Shown one piece after another: positions 15,407-25,528 of a stretch of DNA of 62,465 nt (its first letter is position 1; every line of letters starts with the position of its first letter). Under the pieces are notes generated by a model that made no database searches, was not told the DNA's origin, and saw only the letters and a list, made by a program, of their open reading frames with translations. Location of the stretch: assembly GCA_913055885.1 (NCBI GenBank), contig CAJXLG010000001.1:1-62465 (forward strand), given 5' to 3'. Made by a program: the position numbers and the translations under genes. Origin of the DNA: an uncultured Rhodospirillales bacterium (GTDB lineage: Bacteria > Pseudomonadota > Alphaproteobacteria > Rhodospirillales > CAJXLG01).

Positions 15407-16726
15407 ATGGAGTCCGTGGCGGAAGACGTGCCCGGAAGCGGGCCGGCCTATTGGGAGCACGTGTTCGAGGATGAGTTGATTCCCATGGTGCTCCAGGCCG
15501 GCACGCCGGACCGGCTGCGCCAGTGCCTGCGGGTGGTGGTGGAGGCCCTGTTCCGGCGCGCCGACGATGCCGAACGCCGGCGCGAATTCCTGGACCTGGT
15601 GGAAAAGGCCATCAAGGACCGGGATTCGGCCCAGGCCCAGAAGGACACGGTCGTCCAGATCCTGCGGGCCACCAAGGAAATGCGCAAGGAGCGCGCCCGC
15701 GCCGCCGGGACGGCCAACGGCGAGCGGCGCGCCGAGGCGCCCACCGTGCCGCCGGAGGCGGTTCCGGACGCGGCCCCCGCCGACGGCGAATCGGAAGCGG
15801 CCGGGCCGGCCGGCGAGGCGGCGGCCGACGATGCCGCCCCGGCCCCGTTCGAGACCCAGCTCACGGAGGCCATCGGCGACCACCTGGCGGCGCGCCTGGA
15901 AGCCCTCGCCGCCGATCCGCCCACGGACCGGCGGCCGCCCTTCTTCGTCCACCCCGGCGCCGCCGATGCCCTGCGCCACGAGATCCGCCACCACCTGGGG
16001 CCGGTGATGCTTGCCAACCGCCGGGTCCAGGGCTGGGCCCAGCACGTCAGCGAGGAAGCCCTCGCCGACGGCAGCGTGGCCGCCTATCCGTCCGCGCCGG
16101 GGACGGCGCGCGACCTGTCGGCCCTGTGGACCCGCGCCTGGGAACAACTCGTCGGCGACCTGGACACCCCCCGCAACGACGGCCGGAACACCGGAAAACA
16201 GGCCACCGGCCAGGCCCATCAGCAGAACAACCAAAAGGGCGGCTCCCGCCTCGCCCGGCTCTTCGGCCGCGGCCGCGAAACGGCGCCCGTCGAGGCGCCG
16301 GAAGCCGAGGTGCACCACGATGCGGAGCCGGGCCGCCGCTGCTGGGCGCGTCTGTGTGACGCCAGCCACCCCTGGCTGCCCCTGGAGCGCGAGGACATTG
16401 CCGTCCTCACCGCGCTTTTCGATGCGGACCCGGAACACCTCGCGCGCACCCTGTACGCCGGCGGCCAGATCCTGGGCCAGGAAGGCCGGGGCGAGATCGT
16501 GGAGGGCCGCGCGGCGGCCCACCTGGGTGACCTGGTGGAGCGCAACGCCACCCCCATCGCCGACGTCCTCGTGGCCCACCTCTACGTCCAGCACCGCGAC
16601 ACCTTCCGGGCCCACGACGGCCGCATCCTGACGGGCTTCCTGCGCGGCCTGGGGCGCAAGGCGGAGGCCCGGCGCGAGGCCCTGCCCCGCTTCCACCGCT
16701 GGTTCGGCGACGAACTGCCCACCTGA
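15407..16726 (+). CDS. Hypothetical soluble protein (about 440 aa) leading the ccmA-ccmB transcription unit
   Basis: The frame has high third-position GC and a protein-like composition. The ATG at 15407 follows AAGGGGA (15391-15397). No motif was recognised. There is a central Ala/Pro/Glu-rich low-complexity linker. ccmA starts 40 nt downstream. Confidence 0.6.
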   Translation: MESVAEDVPGSGPAYWEHVFEDELIPMVLQAGTPDRLRQCLRVVVEALFRRADDAERRREFLDLVEKAIKDRDSAQAQKDTVVQILRATKEMRKERARAAGTANGERRAEAPTVPPEAVPDAAPADGESEAAGPAGEAAADDAAPAPFETQLTEAIGDHLAARLEALAADPPTDRRPPFFVHPGAADALRHEIRHHLGPVMLANRRVQGWAQHVSEEALADGSVAAYPSAPGTARDLSALWTRAWEQLVGDLDTPRNDGRNTGKQATGQAHQQNNQKGGSRLARLFGRGRETAPVEAPEAEVHHDAEPGRRCWARLCDASHPWLPLEREDIAVLTALFDADPEHLARTLYAGGQILGQEGRGEIVEGRAAAHLGDLVERNATPIADVLVAHLYVQHRDTFRAHDGRILTGFLRGLGRKAEARREALPRFHRWFGDELPT

Positions 16727-16766
16727 AGGCTTTGCCCCGATCCGGGTTTCCGCTAGGCTCGCCGCC

Positions 16767-17450
16767 ATGTCGCTGTTCACCGGTCACGATCTCATCTGCA
16801 TCCGGGGCGAGCGCGTGGTCTTCACGGGCCTCACCTTCACGGTGCGGGCGGGGGATGCCGTGCTCGTCGTGGGCCCCAACGGCTGCGGCAAGTCCAGCTT
16901 CCTGCGCCTGGCCGCCGGCCTGCTGCGGCCCGCGGCGGGCACCCTGGCGTGGGAGGAGGCGGACGTCTGGGCGGACCGCGAGAGCCACCACGCCCGCGTC
17001 CACTACCTGGGGCATCACGACGCCGTGAAGCCCGTGCTCACGGCGCGCGAGAACCTCATGTTCTGGGGCCGCCTCGGGGAGCAGCACGGCACGCCCCTGC
17101 ATCGCCGGGTGGACGACGCCCTGGCGCGCGTGGGGCTGGACCATCTGGCCGACCTGCCGGGCCGCTTTCTGTCGGCGGGACAGAAGCGCCGGCTCAACCT
17201 GGCGCGACTTCTGGTGGTGCCGGCGCCGCTGTGGCTGCTGGATGAGCCCACCACCGCCCTGGACCGCGAGACGGTGGCGGAAGTGGAGGCCATGCTGGCG
17301 GAGCACCGCCGGCACGGGGGCATGGTGATGATCTCCACCCACACGGACCTGCGGCTGACCGATCCCGGCTACCTTCAGGTGGCCGACTTCGCCCCCGCCA
17401 CCCCCGCCGCCGATGTGCTGGGCCTGGAGGCGGAGGACGCGCTCATATGA
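16767..17450 (+). CDS. ccmA: Heme ABC exporter ATP-binding protein CcmA
   Basis: The protein has Walker A GPNGCGKSS, signature LSAGQKRRL and Walker B LWLLDEPTTALD. Its size and its position before ccmB fit CcmA. Confidence 0.85.
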   Translation: MSLFTGHDLICIRGERVVFTGLTFTVRAGDAVLVVGPNGCGKSSFLRLAAGLLRPAAGTLAWEEADVWADRESHHARVHYLGHHDAVKPVLTARENLMFWGRLGEQHGTPLHRRVDDALARVGLDHLADLPGRFLSAGQKRRLNLARLLVVPAPLWLLDEPTTALDRETVAEVEAMLAEHRRHGGMVMISTHTDLRLTDPGYLQVADFAPATPAADVLGLEAEDALI

Positions 17451-17460
17451 CGGGGGCGGC

Positions 17461-18141
17461 ATGAACGGCAGCCTGCTGGATGCTTTCGTCGGCATCGTGC
17501 GCCGCGACCTGCGCCTGGCCCTGCGCCAGGGCGCCGACAGCATCATGGTGGTGGCGTTTTTCGTCATCGCGGCAACGCTTTTTCCCTTCGGCGTGGGGCC
17601 GGAGCCCAACCTGCTCGCGCGCATGAGTGCCGGGGTGGTGTGGGTAACGGCGCTGCTCGCCGCCATGCTCTCCCTCGACCGGCTTTTCCAGGCGGACTAC
17701 GAGGACGGCTCGCTGGAGCTGATGGTCCTGGCGCCGCCGCCCCTGATGCTGACGGTGCTGGCCAAGGTGACGGCGCACTGGCTGACGACGGGCCTGCCGC
17801 TGATCGTGGCGGCGCCGGTGCTGGCGCTTCTGCTCAACATGGACCCGTCGGGGTTCGGCGTGCTGGTCCTCGGGATGCTCCTGGGCACGCCCGTGCTCAG
17901 CCTGGTGGGCGCCGTCGGGGCGGCGCTGGTCCTGGGGGCGCGGCGCGGCGGGGTGCTGGTGTCGCTTCTCGTTCTGCCGCTCTACATCCCGGTGCTCATC
18001 TTCGGCGTGGGCGCCGTGGACGCCGCCGTCACCAACCTGGCCGTGAAGCCCCACCTGATGCTCCTGGGGGCCCTGCTCCTGGCGGCGCTGGTGCTGGCCC
18101 CCCTGGCCGCGGCGGCGGCGGTGCGCCAGGCGGTGGAGTAG
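17461..18141 (+). CDS. ccmB: Heme exporter permease CcmB
   Basis: The sequence MNGSLLDAFVGIVRRDLRLALR...LFPFGVGPEP...LDRLFQADYEDGSLE is CcmB-like. Confidence 0.9.
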   Translation: MNGSLLDAFVGIVRRDLRLALRQGADSIMVVAFFVIAATLFPFGVGPEPNLLARMSAGVVWVTALLAAMLSLDRLFQADYEDGSLELMVLAPPPLMLTVLAKVTAHWLTTGLPLIVAAPVLALLLNMDPSGFGVLVLGMLLGTPVLSLVGAVGAALVLGARRGGVLVSLLVLPLYIPVLIFGVGAVDAAVTNLAVKPHLMLLGALLLAALVLAPLAAAAAVRQAVE

Positions 18142-18155
18142 GCGGGGCCGCGCCT

Positions 18156-19259
18156 CTACCCGTCCTCCAGATGGAACAGGGTCGCCGCCGCCAGCATGGC
18201 GGTGACGGCGGGCGTGGACCAGGCGGCCAGCCACACGGGCAGGGTGGCGGAGAGGCCCAGGGCCTCGACGATCTGGGAGAAGAAGTACACCACGAAGCCG
18301 GCGGTGATGCCGCCCACGGTACGCCACAGCAGGCCGCCGCGCCGCGCCGAGAGCCCCACGAAGAAGATCGCCCCCACCACCGTCATGGCGCACAGCAGAA
18401 AGGGGGAGGCGATGAGCCGCTGCAGATGCAGGCGGTGGCGGTGGGCGGAGAACCCGGCCTCCTCGAAAAAGCGGATGAAGCCGGGCAGGTCCCAGAAGGA
18501 TACGGTGGCGGGCGAGGCGTAATTCTCCTGGATGCGTGACAGGGTGAGGGAGGTGCTGAGCCGCATGCTGTCGCGCTTTTGCGCCGGCGTGCCCGGGGCA
18601 TATTCCGTCACGCCCTGCAGACGGATGGTGCCGTCGTGCAGCCGGCCGCGTTTCGCCTCGATGCGCTTGCGGAACCGGTTGTCACCGTTGAGCAGGAAGA
18701 TGGAAGCATGCCGCAACTGAAGCTGCATGTCCTCCTGCCACACGTCGCCGGCGTGGATCACCGCCCGGCCGCCGCGATGGTCCTCGCGCAGCCACAGGCC
18801 CCCGCCCGTCAGGCTCATGGGGCCGCTGCCGGCGGTGAGTTCGGCGTTCTCCAGGCGTTCGTAGCGGCTGTAGGTGGCGGCGGCGAAGGGGTTGAAGACG
18901 GTGACGTTGAACACGCCGAGCGCCAGCACCACCAGGACAACGGGCGCCAGCACCTGCCAGATGGAAATGCCGCAGGCGCGCATCACCGTGAGCTCGTGGT
19001 GGCGGGTGAGACGCCAGAAGGTGAACATGGCGCCGATCATCACGATGAACGGCAGCACCTTGTGCACCATGTTGGGCAGCTTCAGAAGCGCCGCCTGCAG
19101 CACGACGCCCAGGGTGGCGTCCGGCTTGGAGGCCGAGCGGCGCAACAGCTCGATGGTGTCGAACAGCAGGATCAGCGCCATGATGATAACGAGCGTGGCA
19201 AGAAGCACGCCCAGGAACTGGCGGCCGATGTAGAGGGACAGACGCGGTGAAAGGGGCAT
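18156..19259 (-). CDS. lptG: LPS export ABC permease, LptF/LptG (YjgP/YjgQ) family, probably LptG
   Basis: The protein begins LSLYIGRQFLGVLLATL. The TM, periplasmic beta-jellyroll and TM layout, ELTVMRACGIS, and the 367-aa size fit the family. I could not separate LptF from LptG by eye. Confidence 0.7.
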   Translation of the reverse strand: MPLSPRLSLYIGRQFLGVLLATLVIIMALILLFDTIELLRRSASKPDATLGVVLQAALLKLPNMVHKVLPFIVMIGAMFTFWRLTRHHELTVMRACGISIWQVLAPVVLVVLALGVFNVTVFNPFAAATYSRYERLENAELTAGSGPMSLTGGGLWLREDHRGGRAVIHAGDVWQEDMQLQLRHASIFLLNGDNRFRKRIEAKRGRLHDGTIRLQGVTEYAPGTPAQKRDSMRLSTSLTLSRIQENYASPATVSFWDLPGFIRFFEEAGFSAHRHRLHLQRLIASPFLLCAMTVVGAIFFVGLSARRGGLLWRTVGGITAGFVVYFFSQIVEALGLSATLPVWLAAWSTPAVTAMLAAATLFHLEDG

Positions 19260-19358
19260 GGGGCCGTCGGCTTGCTTGCGGGAGACCGCGTTGACCCGTT
19301 ATCTGTTGCACGGCTTGCCGTGGCTTGGCAAGCGGCCCGCCAACGATGGAGGGACACC

Positions 19359-19922
19359 ATGGTCCGCCTCACCCGCATCTATACCCGCAGCGGCGACCAG
19401 GGCGGCACGACGCTGGGCAGCGGCCGGCGCGTCGCCAAGCAGAGCCCGCGCGTCGAGGCCTACGGCACGGTGGACGAGGTGAACGCCTGCCTGGGGGTCG
19501 CACGGCTGCACGTGGCGACGGAGCTGGATGCCATGCTCGCCCGGATACAGAACGACCTTTTCGACCTGGGCGCCGACCTGTGCGTGCCCGAGGACGACGA
19601 ACACGGCGAACGGGCCCTGCGCATCACGGCGGACCAGGTGGCCCGCCTGGAGAGCGAGATCGACACGCTGAATGCCGACCTGCCGGCGCTGGAATCCTTC
19701 GTCCTGCCGGGCGGCACGGCGGGCGCCGCCCACCTGCACCACGCGCGCACGGTGGTGCGGCGGGCGGAACGGCTCATGGTGGACCTGGCCGCCGAGGAGC
19801 CGGTGAATCCCGAGGCGCTGAAGTACGTCAACCGGCTGTCGGACCACCTCTTCGTCGCGGCGCGCGCGGCCAACGCGGCGGGTGGCGGCGATGTGCCGTG
19901 GCGTCCCGGCGGCGAGCGGTGA
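19359..19922 (+). CDS. PduO-type ATP:cob(I)alamin adenosyltransferase
   Basis: The sequence MVRLTRIYTRSGDQGGTTL...VEAYGTVDE.N...G...IQNDLFDLGADL...FVLPGG is typical of the type. An RBS GGAGGG lies at 19348-19353. Confidence 0.85.
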   Translation: MVRLTRIYTRSGDQGGTTLGSGRRVAKQSPRVEAYGTVDEVNACLGVARLHVATELDAMLARIQNDLFDLGADLCVPEDDEHGERALRITADQVARLESEIDTLNADLPALESFVLPGGTAGAAHLHHARTVVRRAERLMVDLAAEEPVNPEALKYVNRLSDHLFVAARAANAAGGGDVPWRPGGER

Positions 19923-19987
19923 CGGCGGCCCGCCGCTTGGCCTTGAAAGCCCCGGCATGCTGCGTTATGTCTAGCCCACCTGCCTGC

Positions 19988-20077
19988 GGAGGGGTGCCGG
20001 AGCGGTCGAACGGGGCGGTCTCGAAAACCGTTGAAGGCGCAAGCCTTCCGAGGGTTCGAATCCCTCCCCCTCCGCCA
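19988..20077 (+). tRNA. tRNA-Ser (anticodon CGA)
   Basis: A cloverleaf can be read by hand. The acceptor stem is GGAGGGG/CCCCTCC, the anticodon stem-loop is GCGGT-CTCGAAA-ACCGT, and there is a long variable arm. The T arm is GAGGG-TTCGAAT-CCCTC, followed by discriminator G and an encoded CCA. Confidence 0.9.
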
Positions 20078-20090
20078 ATTCCGCACGCTG

Positions 20091-20131
20091 AAAAAAGGCC
20101 GCGCGACGAGGCGCGGCCCTTTTTGTTGTTT
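20091..20131 (+). terminator. Rho-independent terminator after tRNA-Ser
   Basis: The stem GGCCGCGC (20097-20104) / GCGCGGCC (20111-20118) has the loop GACGAG. It is followed by CTTTTTGTTGTTT and preceded by AAAAAA. Confidence 0.6.
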
Positions 20132-20416
20132 GCGGCGATGGCGAGAAGCGGTGCATGGGCTAAGGCCAGCGGCGCAAACAGCGCGACCGCCGCCCGGCCT
20201 ATTCGCGGGCGTACGCCCTTTCCCGCGACACGGAAAGATGGTGTAGGCTCCGCCGTGCGGGGCAGGGCTGTGCGGTTGACCGGCCTTATGGCCCAATCCG
20301 CGCCCCGCAAAGGCGGTGGAATGGCACGATCCCATCAAACCTCTCGCCCTTTCCAAGCATGGGCCGACGCCTGCCCCTCGCAAGAGGGCTGTCGTAAACA
20401 CATGGCGTGGTGAGGC

Positions 20417-21667
20417 TCACGCCAGCCACGCCACCACCAGCCCGGTGGCCGCCGCCAGGGCCAGCGGCCCGGCGGCGTGCAGGCCCAGGCGCGGGCCGCC
20501 GATGGCCAGGGTCATGGCGCCCTTGACCACGCTGTTCACGGCCCCCGCCACCACGATGCCGAGGGCGGCCATGCCCGCCGCCAGATCGGCGCCGCTCATG
20601 TCCGCCAGGGTCAGGGTGATGGCGTCCACGTCCGTGATGCCCGAAACGGCGGAGAGGGCCAGGATGCCGGCGTCGCCGAAGACGGCCTTGAGGCCCTCGG
20701 CCGCCATCATGATGACGGCCAGCAGGGCGCCGAACACCAGGGCCGAGCCCAGCGCCAGGGGGTTGCGCAGCTTCGCCGCCTGCTCGCCGGCCTCTGCCGA
20801 CGGCCGCCGCCACCACAGCAGGGCGGCGCTACCATAGACCACCACGCCCATGACCGCCGCCGGCGCCACCAGGGCCATGAAAAGGCCGGTATCGATCACG
20901 CTGGCGAGCAGCAGCATGCGCGGGAACATGGTGCCGCAGGCGAGCAGGATGCCGGCGCCCAGGATGCGGCTGCTGTCGGGGCTTTCCCGGGCCAGGCGCG
21001 AGAAGTGCAGGGTGAGGGCGGTGGAGGATGCCAGCCCCGCGGCCAGCCCCGTGAGCACCGCGCCCTTGCCCGTCCCGGCGATACGCATGGCGAAATAGCC
21101 GACGAAGGAAATGCCGGCGATGAGCACCACCATCCACCAGATGCGGAAGGGGTTCAGGGCGTCCCACGGGCCGTAGCCCGTATCCGGCAGGACGGGCAGC
21201 AGCACCACCGAGATGAGCAGGAGCTTGAGGGCGGCGTGCAGCTCCCCGGGGGACAGGGCGTCGATCCAGCGGTGCAGGAAGGCCTTGTATTGCAGAAGAA
21301 AGGCGGTGATGACGGCGCCGATGGCGGCGGGCGCCATGAAGCCCTGCACCACGGCGGCCCCGAAAATGAAGGTGAGAAGCGCCGCCACCAGGCTGGTGAT
21401 GCCCACGTCGCTGCGGTGTCGCCCCGACAGGCCGTAGGCGACGACGAAGGCCCCCACCACGCCGACGAAGGCAAAGCCGAGAAACACGGGCCCGTCCGAC
21501 AGCAGGGCGGCGAAACCGCCCAGAAGGCCCACAAGACCGTAGGTGCGCAGGCCCGCCACGCGGCCGCCCTCGCCGGCGTCCCGGTCGTGCCAGCCGCGCT
21601 CCAGGCCGATGAGCAGCCCCAGCGCCAGCGCCACGCCGAGGTCGAGCAGGGGATCGAAGCCGTTCAT
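20417..21667 (-). CDS. MgtC/SapB-like N-terminal domain plus DUF4010 membrane protein
   Basis: ALALGLLIGLERGW......GLRTYGLVGLLGG is typical of MgtC-family/DUF4010 proteins, and the protein is polytopic. The start is either MNGFD (21667) or the upstream ATG at 21727. Confidence 0.7.
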   Translation of the reverse strand: MNGFDPLLDLGVALALGLLIGLERGWHDRDAGEGGRVAGLRTYGLVGLLGGFAALLSDGPVFLGFAFVGVVGAFVVAYGLSGRHRSDVGITSLVAALLTFIFGAAVVQGFMAPAAIGAVITAFLLQYKAFLHRWIDALSPGELHAALKLLLISVVLLPVLPDTGYGPWDALNPFRIWWMVVLIAGISFVGYFAMRIAGTGKGAVLTGLAAGLASSTALTLHFSRLARESPDSSRILGAGILLACGTMFPRMLLLASVIDTGLFMALVAPAAVMGVVVYGSAALLWWRRPSAEAGEQAAKLRNPLALGSALVFGALLAVIMMAAEGLKAVFGDAGILALSAVSGITDVDAITLTLADMSGADLAAGMAALGIVVAGAVNSVVKGAMTLAIGGPRLGLHAAGPLALAAATGLVVAWLA

Positions 21668-21926
21668 AAGGCCAAAAGACGCCCCGGCGCCCGGCCCTGT
21701 CAACATGCGGGACCGGCCGCCGGCCATCCGTAACGGGGCGGCAACTATTTATTAACCCTTCGGCCCGTTCACGGCCCTGGAAGACCGTTGCGGCCGGTCC
21801 CCGCCCCCTGATATAACTACAAACGCAGGAACCGCCCGGCCGCGCCCGGCGATCCCGGGGGCGCCCACCTACAAATGCGGGTGCAGCGGGGCGATTCGTT
21901 CCAGACGTGTCACGGACCCGGGCCGC

Positions 21927-22673
21927 ATGAGCGACAACGATCCCCCTGTAAAGACCTCCTACACCATCCCCTGCAGCAGCGATTTCCGGGATACGGTGCT
22001 GGATCTGGCCAAGGCGCGCGGGGTCAACGTGGGCGATCTTGCCCGCTCCGTGCTCCTCGTCGTGCCCGCCGAAACCATCGCGGAAGCCCCGGATCCCGGG
22101 GATCCGCCGGCCGAGGACCGGGAGACGGTGATCCTGCGCTCGGGCCCCTCGGCGGGCCGTCCGTGGCGCCGCAAACCACGTTTGCAGGTGCGCATGGCGC
22201 CGGGCTACGAGGTGGCCTTCGTGCGCCGGGCCCTGGGCCTGGCCCTGAGCCTCTGGCGGGGCGAGCGCGGCATCCGCGTCACCGGGCCGGAGGCGGAGAC
22301 GGCGGCCGCGGCGGAAGAGACGACCCCGCCGGCCCGCCAGGCCGCCACCCCCGACGAGCCCACGCAGGCCCGCCTCGCCGAGGCCGACGCGGCGCGCACC
22401 CAGGCCGAGCGCGAGGCCGAGGACCTGCGCGAGGAGCTTACCCAGCTCAAGACCATCGTCAGCATCCTGGCCTTCGACCCCCTGCCCCACGGCGTGCGCA
22501 CCCGGCGCGAGGCCCTGCACGTCCTGGGCTTCCCGCCGGATGCCGAGCCCGAATACCGCACCATCCGCGCCAAGTACCGCATGCTGGCGGCCATCCATCA
22601 CCCCGACGGCCACCACGGCGATCATGAGCGCATGAGCCAGCTCAACGCGGCCATGGAGCTCCTGCGCCGGTAG
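21927..22673 (+). CDS. J-domain (DnaJ-like) protein with an unknown N-terminal region and a coiled-coil linker
   Basis: The C-terminal REALHVLGFPPDAEPEYRTIRAKYRMLAAIHHPDGHHGDHERMSQLNAAMELL carries the HPD tripeptide and helix II/III spacing of J domains. Confidence 0.6.
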   Translation: MSDNDPPVKTSYTIPCSSDFRDTVLDLAKARGVNVGDLARSVLLVVPAETIAEAPDPGDPPAEDRETVILRSGPSAGRPWRRKPRLQVRMAPGYEVAFVRRALGLALSLWRGERGIRVTGPEAETAAAAEETTPPARQAATPDEPTQARLAEADAARTQAEREAEDLREELTQLKTIVSILAFDPLPHGVRTRREALHVLGFPPDAEPEYRTIRAKYRMLAAIHHPDGHHGDHERMSQLNAAMELLRR

Positions 22674-22691
22674 GCGGTGGCTGGGTGGGTG

Positions 22692-23450
22692 TCAGCTCGT
22701 TGCCTGCCCCATCCACTGCCGCAGCAGGTCGAGGTCCACAAGGTGCCTGCCGTGGCTGGCGCCCTGGTGGACCTGCATGGGGGTGTCCGGGTCGCCCAGG
22801 TGGGAGAGCACGGCCACGGCGCCCCGGAAGGTCTCGTGTTCCGTATAGGGGTTCACCGTGACCAGGGTGGGCACGCCGGCCGCCTTGGCGGCTTCCAGGC
22901 CGTTGGCGGAATCCTCCAGGGCGAGGCACCGTTCCGGCCGCGTTCCCAGGCGCTCCAGGGTCTTGTCGAAGACCTCGGGGTGGGGCTTCTTGTGCTCCAC
23001 CCATTCGCCGGTGGCCACCACGTTGAACCAGTCGAGGGCCGGCTCGTCGGGGGTGCGCCCCAGGAGGGCGTCCACGTTGGCGCGGCTGGTGGTGGTGGCG
23101 ATGGCCAGCCGCGCGCCGGCCTTCAGGGCTTCCGAGAACAGCCGCGTGATGCCCGGGCGCAGGGGCAGGCGCGCCGCCTCGTCCGAGTACAGCTCGGTCT
23201 TGCGGGCGTGCAGGGCCCGGACGTGGGTGTCGATGTTGGGATCCTTGAGGCGCTCGGGGTGGAAACGCTCAAGGTAGTGCCGGATGCGCTCCCGCCCGCC
23301 GGCGACCTTCAGAAGCTCGCCGTAAAGGGCCCGGTCCCACTCCCAGGCCTCCCCGAACTCCCGGAAGGCGGCGTTGAAGGCGGCGCGGTGGGCCTCTTCC
23401 GTTTCGGCAATGGTGCCGTCCACATCGACAATCAGGGCGTCCAGGCTCAT
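22692..23450 (-). CDS. cbbY: HAD-superfamily hydrolase, CbbY-like
   Basis: The protein has DVDGTIAETEE (DxDGT motif I), ATTTS, KKPHPEVF and EDSANGLEAAKAAG. Overall it resembles CbbY-type sugar-phosphate phosphatases. Confidence 0.75.
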   Translation of the reverse strand: MSLDALIVDVDGTIAETEEAHRAAFNAAFREFGEAWEWDRALYGELLKVAGGRERIRHYLERFHPERLKDPNIDTHVRALHARKTELYSDEAARLPLRPGITRLFSEALKAGARLAIATTTSRANVDALLGRTPDEPALDWFNVVATGEWVEHKKPHPEVFDKTLERLGTRPERCLALEDSANGLEAAKAAGVPTLVTVNPYTEHETFRGAVAVLSHLGDPDTPMQVHQGASHGRHLVDLDLLRQWMGQATS

Positions 23451-23527
23451 GATCCCGTTCCTCTCGCTACCGTCGGCGGCACGGTAGCAGAGCGGAGGGC
23501 CGGGGTCATGGGGGTTTTACAGGCCGG

Positions 23528-25525
<1,998 letters not shown>

Positions 25526-25528
25526 GAT

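Noticed and set aside
20078-21926. A possible genomic island integrated at tRNA-Ser (MgtC/DUF4010 and J-domain genes downstream of the tRNA).
   Set aside because: I saw no integrase or recombinase. I found no direct repeat of the tRNA 3' end downstream by eye. There is no visible compositional shift. Whole-genome comparison would still be needed to exclude an old island.
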